Source of the DNA: Chrysemys picta bellii
Lineage: Eukaryota
Assembly (NCBI RefSeq): GCF_011386835.1
Contig: NC_088795.1
Location: forward strand, 48,298,001 to 48,362,000
Reading direction: 5' to 3'
DNA: 64,000 bases
Of this stretch, positions 40,101 to 51,380 are shown in pieces. The position numbers and the translations under genes were made by a program. The first letter of the stretch is position 1, and every line of letters begins with the position of its first letter. The notes beneath the pieces are model-generated. The model was given only the letters and a program-made list of their open reading frames with translations, was not told the origin of the DNA and searched no databases.

Positions 40101-41396
40101 ATTTTCTCTTTCTCACACTTGTCTTCCAAATGAAAGATATTTGTTGAAATAGGTGACAAAGTGTAGAAAAGATTCCTCCCTCCACCGGGGAGGAAAAAGA
40201 AACCAAAAACAAACCACAACCCAAAGAGGGTATTTCCTTGTAGCAGTGTTAAATGGTATTTCATGCTCCAGAGACCTTGAACATTTATTATAGAACCAAC
40301 AAAGCTTCATTAAATATCAGTCTAACAGGTGTATATCTGGTACCCTGCTCTAGCCTCAGGAGCTCCCCCAGGCTGTTCTATAGGTTTCTTTCATCTGTCA
40401 TTTTGCTTTGACTTGAAGCGATTATCACTTTTATCATTGACAATATAAAACTCACTCCTGTGTGCATTTCATTTGCATTATTCTTGGCCCCATGAGGTTA
40501 AGTGACACACTGAGATTCTTTTTAGTATTTTAAAGTCTCAGAGTTAATCATTTTAAATTCTTGCCTTAGAGTGCTATTTTATTAGCATTGTTGAGTGAAG
40601 TCAAATTAAAATGTACCCTTGTATTAGGAACACTTGTGGGGTTCTTGTAACCTACTGGCTGTAGTAAAAGACCAACGGATGGATTTTCATCTCACACCAG
40701 ATTTATATTGGTTTAACTCCGTTGACTTGAATGTGGTTACTCTTGATTTACGGCAGCATTAGCAAGAAGGGAATCTTGGTCTCAGAAAGGGTAAATTTCT
40801 GAGTAATAATCTACTATACGCTGAAACACTCATTTATATTCTGATAATCATGGGCAAGCTGTTCAAGTTCTTTTTACCTTAGTGTCAATGCAAATGCTTA
40901 TAAAACACTTCCCAGAGAAAGGAAGGTTTTTGAGGTTAAGGGAGTAGTCTAGGATTAGGAGATCTGAGTTAAAATCGTGCTTCTAATATGGAATTCCTGT
41001 ATTACAAACTCTGTTTATTCTTCAATTCTCCACCAGTTTGGGATGATAATGCTTGGTACAGAGACTATTATACACAACATATTTATACAGTGCCTACTAC
41101 AATCTTGTTTGGGGTGTCTAGGCACTAAAGTAATATACAAATAACATTTACAGGCATCTGGCACAGTAGTTCCTCCATGCACACTAATTCAGCAGCATTG
41201 ACAAGAGCATATAGTTGCCTATTTAGCACCAGCTGTGCTTTTACCACGAGCTCAGTGGATATGCATAATCTATTTTAGTAACAGCCAAGAGAACTGCTGC
41301 AGTGTTAGATCCACAACAACTAATGGAGATGGCTTAGAAATTAGAGGAAAGATCTAAGGTGAACTTTCCTGGGTAAAACCAAACTGCAAAGAGGAA

Positions 41397-41439
41397 TACC
41401 AATAACAGTCATGTTGTACCAATAACAGTCATGTTGTAC
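41397..41439. repeat. Exact 20-bp tandem duplication
   Basis: TACCAATAACAGTCATGTTG twice, plus TAC. Confidence 0.95.
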
Positions 41440-42904
41440 TTAACTGTAATATGTGCTAATACTGATAAGAGGTAAGTTTTGTTATGATACTGACATTTAT
41501 TTCTAAGGTTAAATAATTTTTTTTTATTGTTACAGCTTTATATCAGTGTCAGATCACTTTGCTTTGTTGTAATTATGTCATATCAAAACTTTAACTAAAG
41601 AACCCTAAAAATGCATATAGGGGAGATTCTGAGCTGTTCCTCTAAGGCTATGTCTACATGTTCATGCTTACCTGTGTATTTGTATATGTGCTGCTAGCAC
41701 ATGTACTCTGTATCTATGCCGAATGCCCACATATGCTAGGCTGGGAATGGATACATGCTGTGAACAAGCATACACCTGAATCCACACTACCGCTTTTTGG
41801 TACCTGACAGTAGCACTACCACTTCAGGGAGAGTATTCCCCAGTCATGTGTGTCACAATATCTACTCTGGAAACTGCATTGCTGCATGTTATTGGTATGC
41901 CACCTTCACACATATGGTGATGGCTGTGCCCGGTTACCTCTCCTTTATGCCAAACTGTGCTGGTGATATGGAGCAAGTGCATATTGATGTGGTTCTGCTC
42001 CTGCTACTGCTCACTGGACAAACGTTCATGAGCTGAAGTACCAGATACTGGACGGAATCAGTCCCTAAAAATTTGATACAGCAAAAATGGCTGACCAGGG
42101 GAGAAATAAAAAACACTGTGGTCCCAAGGAACACATATGTTAAAAGTCAGAATGGTGTGCCTACGTGTCAACCACCACTTCTGTTCCCAAAGAACCAGCA
42201 CAGTGTGGTGTACAACATCATCTTGGAAACCTGGGATGATGACCAGTGGTTGGAGACACTCAGAATGAGGGGAAAAGATCTTCATGGAGTTGTGCAAGCA
42301 GCTTGCATCAACCATCCAGTGCCAGTCCACTCTAGTTTGGAAACCCATACCAGTGCATAAGCCGGTGGCTATCACCCTTTGGAAGCTGGCATCATCTGAC
42401 CCCTACTGGTCAGTTGAAAACCAGTTAAGCATTCACAAGTCTACCCTTGGAACAGTGGTTGTACAGATTTGCCAGAGTATCAACACTGTGATATTTCCAA
42501 GAGTGGCTGCCAAAATCCAAGTCCCTGAAGTTATTGCAGAATTTCAGTGGATGGGTTTTCTGAACTATGCAGGGGGCATCAACAAAACACAAATACCTGT
42601 ACTTTTGTCCTCCAAAAGGGGCCAATGAATTCATTAACTAGAAATATTACTATTCACTGGTTATCCAAGGCTTAGTGGACTACAGGGGTTGGTTTATGAA
42701 CATGAACAATTGACACATGGGAAAGGTCCATGATGCCAGGGTGCTCAGGAGGTCAAGGTTGTGCCATTGGTGGGAGGGGAACTTTATTCCTCCAAACAAT
42801 GTGATTGTGTATGGTGTTTCTGTGCCAATATCATATCTGCTCCTACCGTGGTTCATGAAGCCCCAGTGTGATAGTGCCAAACCCAAGAAAAAGGAAGTCA
42901 AGTA

Positions 42905-43073
42905 TCAGAGAGGTAGCCGTGTTAGCCTGGATCTGTAAAAAGCAATAGAGAGTCCTGTGGCACCTTTAAGACTAACAGATGTATCCAACGAAGTGGGCAT
43001 TCACCCACGAAAGCTTATGCTCCAATACATCTGTTAGTCTTAAAGGTGCCACAGGACTCTCTGTTGCTTTTTA
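42905..43073 (+). mobile_element. Fold-back PLE mini-insertion inside the dead transposase
   Basis: 48-bp inverted arms (42937-42984 / 43025-43072, 47/48), 40-nt loop, about 32-nt unpaired left extension; about 20-bp target duplication AAGAAAAAGGAAGT(T)CAA at 42885 and 43074. Confidence 0.85.
42981..43020 (+). ncRNA. Minimal hammerhead motif with mutated core
   Basis: GUAU-CCAACGA-A-GUGGG-cauuca-CCCAC-GAAA-GCU-U-AUGC; G5 appears changed to A, so the motif is probably inactive. Confidence 0.65.
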
Positions 43074-44599
43074 AAGAAAAAGGAAGTTCAACTACAGACT
43101 GAGTAGTTACCCAATGAATGGGGAGTGTGTCTTTGGGCAGCTGAAAGTCCATTGGCGATGTCTCTGGACCCATCTAGATGCCAGTGTGCCAAATGCAGTT
43201 TGAATTATCATGGTTTGCTGTGCCTTGCACAACATTTGTTTGGTTAAATGAGAATGCTTCCACAGGGAATGGGCACAGAACAGAGCTGTTTTTCAAAGCC
43301 TTACAGGCAGCCAGATCCTGCCCATGTGCCGACTGCTCCTGCTTCCCAGTAGGCCAAGGAAATTTGTGGTGCTGTGTGCTCATACATCATGGAGCACTGA
43401 GGAGCCAGAAGGTGACTTAGGATTGTGCTAATGGACTCTATTTTGATGCTATGGTGCTGCTGGAAAAGCTCATTAGAGTATTGCCACACACTTCTGTTGC
43501 AAGACACCTCCGTAGATTTCAATCTCCTGCAGCTAATGTACTAATTGAAAGTAGAGAATCTTGAGGGTCCTCCCCTGTTAACACCTTTGGCCCTGGTTTT
43601 GTGCTGAGGGAAGCTTTAATGCACTTTAAGGGGACCATTGAGCAATGTTTTTATTATATGTTAATTGTTCTGTTTTGGGTCGCTTAATGTGAAGCACTTA
43701 AGCATTGTTAAAGTAATTGAAAAAAAGTTCTGTACAGTTTTGGTAGGGCTTTCATACACTCCTTCCTCATAATGTTTTCTGACACCATTGCTCACAGCAT
43801 TTTATCAGGTGCTATTCATGATTACTCCCAGGACATATATACTCCCATGGTTTCCAGTAGTGAATTTTGGTGGTGGTTGGAAGGTAAGGGTTGGAAAAGC
43901 ACAAGTTATCAGTATCAGATATCTTCAGTATTAATTTAGTTTTGTTTCCCTTGCATGTATTATCACTTAAATTGTTCACAAAACGATGGACAGCAACAGC
44001 TATTTCACAGCATACCATTGTCATGAACCTTTAAAAAAAAAATAGCAAATTCATGGCCAGGGGCTGGCAGGGTGTGGGAGAGGTGAAATTGTTTCCATTT
44101 CCATGTCACCAGACTTTAAAGAAAACACATTCATGTGCTTTGAATTCTGCTATATCCTCCCAAACCTCTGAGCAGTATCTCAGTGATCATACTTGGAAAA
44201 CAAGGTGGACACACGAGTAAAGTGAACAGTAAAATAAACAATAGCTTTTATTTATATACACACAACAAACATTGAGTGAAACCAGTTTTTAACAGGAACA
44301 ATTGAACCAAAACCCAAAACAAATAAAAAAACAAAACTGCAAGGTCAAATTCCATGAGAAGTGGGCAAATATTAATGTCTGTGGATACATCGCCTCACTC
44401 TTCCCCTTCTCCTCTCCTTGACAAGGGTATAAGGGCTGTGGAATATTGTGCATGGGGAAAAATGAGGGTGTTTACAGTGTGAGGCTTGGTTGGGGGATGA
44501 ACACAAGCAGGGCTACAGAGCCTGAATCAGGCTCATCAGTTCCCTCCTGAATGCTGGGGGGGGGGGTTCCCTGGTGAGGGGTTTCAGGTGCCTGTGGAT

Positions 44600-46400
44600 G
44601 ATGTTGTGCCAGGCATCCAGCAAGCTTCTCCCCATCAGGGATGGTAGTGGGATTCACTGCCTCAGGAGCAATTTGGACAGCAACTGAAGGAGAAGGAAAA
44701 GAAGAAGGGGATGGTGCTTGTTCCTGTACAGGAGCAATGTCCATGGATGTGAGGGGGCCCTGAAAGCATTTGACACCGATTTCACTAGGGTCTGAGTGCA
44801 TTATCCCATTCCCTCTGTGCATGTTCCCATTGCCTCTGCTATCTCTCCATTTTCAGGAATGCCTCACTCTGCCTAAGAGCCAATTCCTCCCTTTCCCTAA
44901 GAAAGTTGAGCTGTTCGTGACTCCTTCTATGTCATGAAACAGGTCTTCCAGGGTCCTTCTGCATCTTTCTATGTTATCTCTGTGGTGCTGCTTGTTCCCT
45001 ACCACCAGAATGGTTTCATGGTCCACACTGGAATATCCTGCCGAGTCAAAGACAAGGGTAGCATTCAGCAAACAGCACTGAAAGGGACGGGAAACTGAAA
45101 GTGACGCCAAAAGTGTATTTTCTTTCCTGAACTTTTGGATTAACATCACAAGCCAGTTGCTTCTCCACTGCTAAAGGATATGGCATGACATTTGTACAAC
45201 TGCCAGAACAGATGCTTCACCCCCCTGCTTTCTCCCAGCTTCTGCAGAGTGGTTCCATGAGAGGAAAGGATAGACACCAAGGGAATGGGAATGGCACAAA
45301 CCATTTGAAAGAGTCAGAGGGAGAATGGACTGCTCTGACTTTCCTTGGACAACCAAATGGTACCCTTTCCATTCCTGGGATGTAGGTGAGCCAACACACA
45401 AGCCACCAACAACCCCTACCCCTGCTCTTCACAGCTCCTGTTCATAAGGGGAAGGAAAAATGGGGAGTGAAGAGGGGTGGTGTTGGGTCTTTGCACAACC
45501 GTGAGTGTCATGAAACTATTTTCTCTCTACATGGTCCCTTTTAAAACCCACCTTCTCTCTTCCTCCCTCATTCCCTTCCCCTGCAGTTTCATGTGGTCTA
45601 GGGACTATTGTTGTCAGTGCTGACCAAGAAATGCACAGACACAGGAGCACAGTGATGGGTTGTTAATAACCTGTTATAGCATCTGCTAAATGCTTTACAG
45701 TGGTTCATGGGATTTCAATAAAACCATTAATTTAATTTAATTCAATAAAACCATGTGTTGCTCCAGGACCATGTGGGAGTAGACAGGGGGTGGAATGTGG
45801 TGGGAGGGCCAGGCTCAGGCATGTCGCACTGGAGCAAGATGGGATATTGTCAGAGAAGTTGGGGTCCATTGTAAAACTTACCGGTGTCAGACTCTGGTTC
45901 CTGCAGTGGCTCTGGATCCTGGCTCTAGATCCCTAAGCTCCTCAGGAGAGCTTCCTTCACTGGCTCCACCAGGCACAAGTGCAGAATCACTTGCTTCTAT
46001 TCCTCCATGTCTCCAAAGGCTTCCCCCAAAACTCCCCCCAAGGTCCCTACTCCCTCCTCACTCTGCTCCTTATCAGTATCCCATTATACAATGAGGCCAT
46101 CAGGGTTGAGTAGAGGGTCATGAGTCATTTAAAGGTCCATACTCACTGCCCTGGAGAGCACCCATTCCTGCCCTCCCAGAGTGACTGTTGGAGTCCTTTA
46201 CCCTCTGGGGAACAGGAGACTAAAGTGCTTCATGCAGTCCAAGCAGTGGGTCGGAGTTGAGTGAATGCCATGCTTTTCCAGCCTCTGTGAACAGTCCCAG
46301 TACAGTTGAATGTTCCTGCTGACTTGGGCAAAGACATGGGGGATGGCATACTCTCACCACATATTGATCAGCTCCTGTGTGTGCTTCAGAGACCAAGCAG
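44600..46400 (-). pseudogene. Degenerate Myb/SANT-like partner gene of the second Harbinger (two exons)
   Basis: Minus strand near 46400-46220 reads (W)STQELINMW*E...RNIQLYWDCSQRLEKHGIHSTPTHCLDCMKHF (trihelix-like). Donor ACCG|GTAAGT at 45882/45881; acceptor ...TTGTCTTTGACTCGGCAG|GA at 45038/45037; exon 2 has NIERCRRTLEDLFHDI. Outer limits approximate. Confidence 0.7.
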
Positions 46401-48376
46401 CTGCTCTCAGAGGCAGCAAAGGGATCAATGCATTGGGTTAATGGCCCTGGAGGACTATTGACCCATGATCTGGTCCAAGCCCTTTGTCCCTGTACACACT
46501 ACATTGTAGAATGGATCCAGGGCCTTATCATAGCTCAGAGTTGTACATACTCACACCCTTCATTCCTACTAGCTTTCACACACTGAACTGTCCTTCAGTA
46601 ACATGCTTCAGGTTTCAGATGTGGCAACAGTGGGGTTATGACACAACAACACACAAGTAACCATATACAGTTGTAAGTGTAGATGGATCCTACAAGCATC
46701 ACACAGAATTCGCAATCCAGGAAGAAGGGAAGTCTGTGGTGGCATTAAGCCACCTTTCTGCCCTCCCATTTCTGGGCTGCTCTACAGCCTCCTGTGTAAC
46801 ACCAACAGTCCTAAGGTGTGCCTTAAAACAACCTAGTTACAGCTACCTATGGGCCACAGCACTGCCCCAAATCTCCACAGCTTTGAGTGTTGAGGCCCCA
46901 GCCTGACACACCCCTCCCACTCTCAGACTTAACCTGTGCCAGGGCTTTCAATGAGGTCCTTGGAAGATGGACTTACAAGTATCATCCTCAGGTCCTACAT
47001 TTAGCCAGATCAGAGACTTTTAGGGTCCTTTTAAAGGTGTAAAGGGGTTGGAAGAAGGTGAGAATCTCACTCCTATTCTCCATGTGGATTGGCAACTTCC
47101 CCAAAGTTTAGAGAATGTCAGCTTCCACTGAGATACCCACCATCTAATTCTAGGTAATACGGTATTTTTTTTGGTATATTGTTAATTGCAATCAGTTTAA
47201 ATTAGGGATGAGTTTGCTGGTTTGGATAAAAGATGAAGTAAACATAAATGTTTTTCCTTAAAACCAAATACAACCTAAAGCTATTTTTTAATTATTCCTG
47301 TTGATATTCCAACATCAAAATATGCTAGGCGCTGTACAAACATCTGGGAACATATGATCCCTGTCCCTGAAACAAAGTCTTGATCCAACAGCAAAGATTT
47401 GATGCTTTCAAGTTCTATGCACATTTAACATATTTTGCTATTTATTGACATAGGCCCTGATTCTATAACCAGCTCTGTGCCGATGGAATCCTGTACCTGT
47501 GTGGAGCTAGTTGTAGCTTTAGGACCTATATTTCTATTTAGTTTTAAATGAATACACAAAATAGAATGGATAATATGCCACTGATATTCCAGTACCACAT
47601 ATTACAACATCAGGATTCGTTATTGTAAGTTTACCACAAATATCCTTGAACCATAGTTTATAAAATGCATAGTTTATTATTGTAGTGCCTTTTCCTGCAT
47701 CCTTTCTCATATTGAATGAAAATTACATCCATGAATTCTTAGAAAAGAGTATTAAAAATATATTAAATGAAGGCACACATTACTTCAATTATCAATCTTC
47801 ATTCTGTTCATGAGACCATGTAGGGAGTTTGGAGATGGAAGCGGTGAAGGAAACAAGCCATAAAAGAAAAAAGGTCTGAGCTTTTCAGAGGAAACTTTGA
47901 AATTATTGCATTAAAAAAATGGGAGGCTGAGGCTGTACAATAATATAGTTAAATAGAGATTTAAATCATGCACAGTACCTGTCTGGTACTAAAGATTTTA
48001 TCTAATAAGCAGAAGTATTTGTGGATTTATTATCCAAGCTTACAAAGGAAAGAAAACCCTAGGATGCTGGACTATCAGGTAAGTGGAGTATTGAAGGAAT
48101 GAAATAATGAAAGATTTTCACTTTGTACTGTTTTTCCAGAGGTTGATTGGACAAATGTAACCCCCTGAAGCTGCCTTGCTGAAAAGTATACCTTTGATAA
48201 TTTGAAATATGTCAATTTATGTAGTTACATATGGTATTTTTTTATGTTAAGGATAGTAGGTGGCAGATATATTGCTTTTATGTCTGTGTAATCAGCACTG
48301 TCCCCATTATCACTTCTGTGAGTCACCAGGACCTAAAGCACCAAAGAACCAAGGACCAGATCCTTAAAGTTATTTA

Positions 48377-49319
48377 GGCCTGGTCTACACAAGAAAACTA
48401 GTCGGGGATGTGAAAAATCCACACCCCTGAGCAGCATAGTTAAGCCAACCTAAGTCCCCATGTAGACAGCACTAGGTGGTGACAAAGACAAGCGAGGTTC
48501 AGGTGTAGGTTTAATGGGGGAGGAGGAGAAAGGAACGGGATGCAACGGGCTGTGATTTAAAGCCAAGTGGCTGCTTTATTACTATTAACATGGGACGGTT
48601 TACAACTTGGATTGGGAAGAGACAAGTGGGAAAGATAATTCATCAATTAAAAAGGGTATCTAACTTAAAACTTTTACAACTCTACTCGGGGAAGAGGGTA
48701 AAACGTCAACTAGAAATAGTACTGAAACTTAAAACATAGGTACTGCATTCCAGATGCAACTGACCAGCAGTGTGGATACCGAGTACATAATAGAGATGTG
48801 GGACGTAGTTTTGAAAAATGAAGAACAAAAGAAGGGAAAAAACACATGACACGAGCTGGCAAAATCTGGAGGAGACCCTGGCCGATAGGGTGATCAGTCC
48901 ATACGGCTAACACGCGGGCACACCTCCCGATTTAGGCGCGGGCTTCTGGTTCTGTATGGGGACACTTAGCTCGTATCGGTGTCAGATTGGTTCCTTGCTC
49001 CTTCACCTTCCGGGTTCCGGACTGGTGCCCTGTACGCAAAGCTGGGGACTGCACCTGGCACATCTTTTTCCCCCCGGCACGCTTGTGTCTTTGCACACGG
49101 TACACTTGTGACCGACAAGCAGTCAGAACTTGAACTCCGGGCTCATGGCTGTGACAGGTGGATGGAAGATTGCTTCCATTGACCAAGTTACCACCTCTTG
49201 GGGAGGTGAATTAACTATGGTGAAAGGAGAATCCCCACTGTTGGCACAGGTAGTGTCTACACTGAAGCGCTGCTGTGGTGCAGCTGTGCCACTGTAGTGT
49301 CTTAAGTGTAGACAAGCCC
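48377..49319. mobile_element. Harbinger-type MITE (about 261 bp net) interrupted by a solo LTR
   Basis: TTA TSD at 48374-48376 and 49320-49322; TIRs GGCCTGGTCTACAC / rc GGGCTTGTCTACAC. Confidence 0.85.
48480..49156 (-). mobile_element. Solo LTR (677 bp) nested in the MITE
   Basis: TG...CA termini; exact 5-bp TSD GGTGG at 48475-48479 and 49157-49161; minus-strand AATAAA at 48575-48580; relatively CpG-rich. Confidence 0.8.
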
Positions 49320-49867
49320 TTAGTCTCCTAACTTCCATTGATTTCAATAGAAGTCAGGAGCCTAAATACCTTTGAGGACTGGGGCCAAGTATCTATCAGT
49401 TGAGCTAAATGTACAGCTTAGTTAGAAGGTTTCAGAAATAGCTCTTAGACTCAAATCCTCAAAGGTATTTAGGTGCTTGACTCCTAATACTTTTAAGGAT
49501 CTGGGATTCATTCTTTGTGATCTAGGCAGTAGAGTGGGACATAACCCATTCAGCCAGATTAATGGAGGGAATGAAGGTCTTTACAATGTTTATGAACTGA
49601 TATTCAAGATGCTAATTTATTTATGGTTATATATTTTTAAAACTATTAGTAATGTATTCATGTAAGAGAGGAGAATTATTTATTAAAGACATTAGCTCTG
49701 TGGTTTTGAAACTATTGTGGATGTATATATTCTTGGGGCAGAGGGGGAGATTGAGGAGAAGTTTCAAGGGGTTTATAGTTTTGGTCTGGTGCCCTGGAAA
49801 TACATCCTAATGCATTAAAATAGATCAGAGATGATAGACTTATGACAAAATTATTGTTAATTAAAGG

Positions 49868-50063
49868 TTTCAGAGTAGCAGCCGTGTTAGTCTGTATCTG
49901 CAAAAAGAATAGGAGTACTTGTGGCACCTTAGAGACTAACAAATTTATTAGAGCATAAGCTTTCGTGGACTACAGCATCCGAAGAAGTGGGCTGTAGTCC
50001 ACGAAAGCTTATGCTCTAATAAATTTGTTAGTCTCTAAGGTGCCACAAGTACTCCTGTTCTTT
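49868..50063 (+). mobile_element. Fold-back PLE mini-insertion
   Basis: 76-bp inverted arms (49901-49976 / 49991-50066, 75/76), 14-nt spacer, 33-nt unpaired left extension; TSD TTGTTAATTAAAGG at 49854-49867 and 50064-50077 (3 nt overlap the arm). Confidence 0.9.
49975..50014 (+). ncRNA. Minimal type I hammerhead ribozyme motif (U4C core variant)
   Basis: GCAU-CCGAAGA-A-GUGGGC-ugua-GUCCAC-GAAA-GCU-U-AUGC; all three stems are predictable, with stem III the palindrome AGCU. Confidence 0.8.
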
Positions 50064-51033
50064 TTGTTAATTAAAGGCATCTAGCACTAGAAAAAATGAG
50101 AATTGTTTTGGAATTGTTTTGTGTATAACATAAGGAATACAGTAACATCATATTCTAAGGCCTTACTGGCAGAGAGAATTTGATTTAACCTTTTCCATAT
50201 TTTAATGAAGTATCTTCTGTACATTTTTAATCCATTTTCTTTTCTTTTATTTATTTCCTGAATTCAGCAGATAACTTACTGGGAACATTAGGCTACTTTT
50301 TGCCATTTTGTTACTTTTTCTGCCAACTAACTGAAATCCACTGGGGGTTAATACAGTGTATTATACGGAGTAAAAGACAGTCCTTCTGCTCATGTACTTC
50401 AAGAGGTTAGAACAATATAGTGGCTGCATCCTTAACCCCTGTGGTGAAAAAGTATCTCTTGTTACACTGTAGTGAAGCCTTTGATCATTTCAGGAACAAT
50501 GGTTGATGGTTTCCGAAGAGATGTATGTCAAGTTCTGTTTGACTAGAGGGATAGATTACTGAAATAACTCTTAGGGGGAGAAGGTGACTTATCAGCAGAT
50601 AATGAATCTAACTACAGGGAAGATGTGTTTAAATGATTACGTTACAATCCCTAGTCCTGATTTGAATCAGAAGCATGACTAGTCAACTTGGGATGGAAAA
50701 CAAAAAATCAGTCTGAATCCCAGCCCAAACACCAAGCAGAAACCAAATTGCTTTTCAGAGTTTATACATACATACACCTTTGTAATGTCTTTTAGAAGTA
50801 AATCCAGGGAAAAACAAAAGTACAGGATTAATGCTCTGCTATTAGCACAGGCTACCAGCAGGCTGCTCTGCATACTAAGAGCTCTGTACTAGACTAACTT
50901 CCAGCAGTGTTATCCTTCTCACTTTACAGCACTAAAGGAGCCTTGAAAGAGACACATCATTACCTCCCCTTCCCGAATGTTTTATAAACCCACCAACGGC
51001 TAATAAATACAACCCCATACTTTTTTTCTCATA

Positions 51034-51197
51034 CACAAAAAATGCCATATTGGGTCAAACCAATGTCCATCTAGCCCAGTATCCTGTCGTCCAACAGTGG
51101 CCAATGCCAGGTGCTTCAGAAGGAATGAACAGAACAGATAGTCATCACGTGATCTATCCCGTCGCCCATTCCCAGCTTCTGCAAACAGAGGCCAGGG
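51034..51197 (-). mobile_element. CR1-type 3' UTR fragment (LINE or CR1-tailed SINE)
   Basis: Reverse complement matches the CR1 3' UTR seen at 36960-37119 (CTGTTCTGTTCATTC...TGAAGCA...TTGGCCACTG..GG..GACAGGATACTG.GCTAG). Confidence 0.7.
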
Positions 51198-51380
51198 ACA
51201 AGGTGGGCGAGGTAATATTTTTTATTGGACCAAATTCTGTTGGTTTGAGAGACAAGCTTTCAAACTTACACAGAGCTCTACTTCAGATCTGAGAAACTTA
51301 CTCAGGGTCACAGCTAAATAGAAGGTGGAACAGATTGTTTAGCATAAGTAATTAATACATATTTCAAAGGACCATACAAG
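51198..51380 (-). mobile_element. PLE pseudo-LTR fragment of a second family
   Basis: Carries a hammerhead-like motif with different stems from the other three copies; assignment rests on that motif and remembered turtle repeat sequence. Confidence 0.55.
51250..51290 (-). ncRNA. Decayed minimal hammerhead motif, second family
   Basis: AGAU-CUGAAGU-A-GAGCU-cugugua-AGUUU-GAAA-GCU-U-GUCU; A9 changed to U and stem II weakened by C>T changes. Confidence 0.55.

Larger units (their letters stand above)
41968..43443 (+). pseudogene. Degenerate Harbinger transposase (stops, frameshifts, interrupted by a PLE insert)
   Basis: Fragments WDDDQWLETLRM, MELCKQL, VAITLWKLASSDPYWSVENQL, MGKVHDARVLRRS, LLPWFMKP, FNYRLS, ECVFGQLK, VCCALHNICL, all collinear with the intact transposase at 13200-14501. 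Confidence 0.9.
41646..46690. mobile_element. Second, decayed PIF/Harbinger transposon, opposite orientation to the first
   Basis: Left end TAA|GGCTATGTCTACA; degenerate transposase on +, degenerate Myb-like gene on -. The right end (rc GGATCCATCTACAC at 46690) is weak and tentative. Confidence 0.75.
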
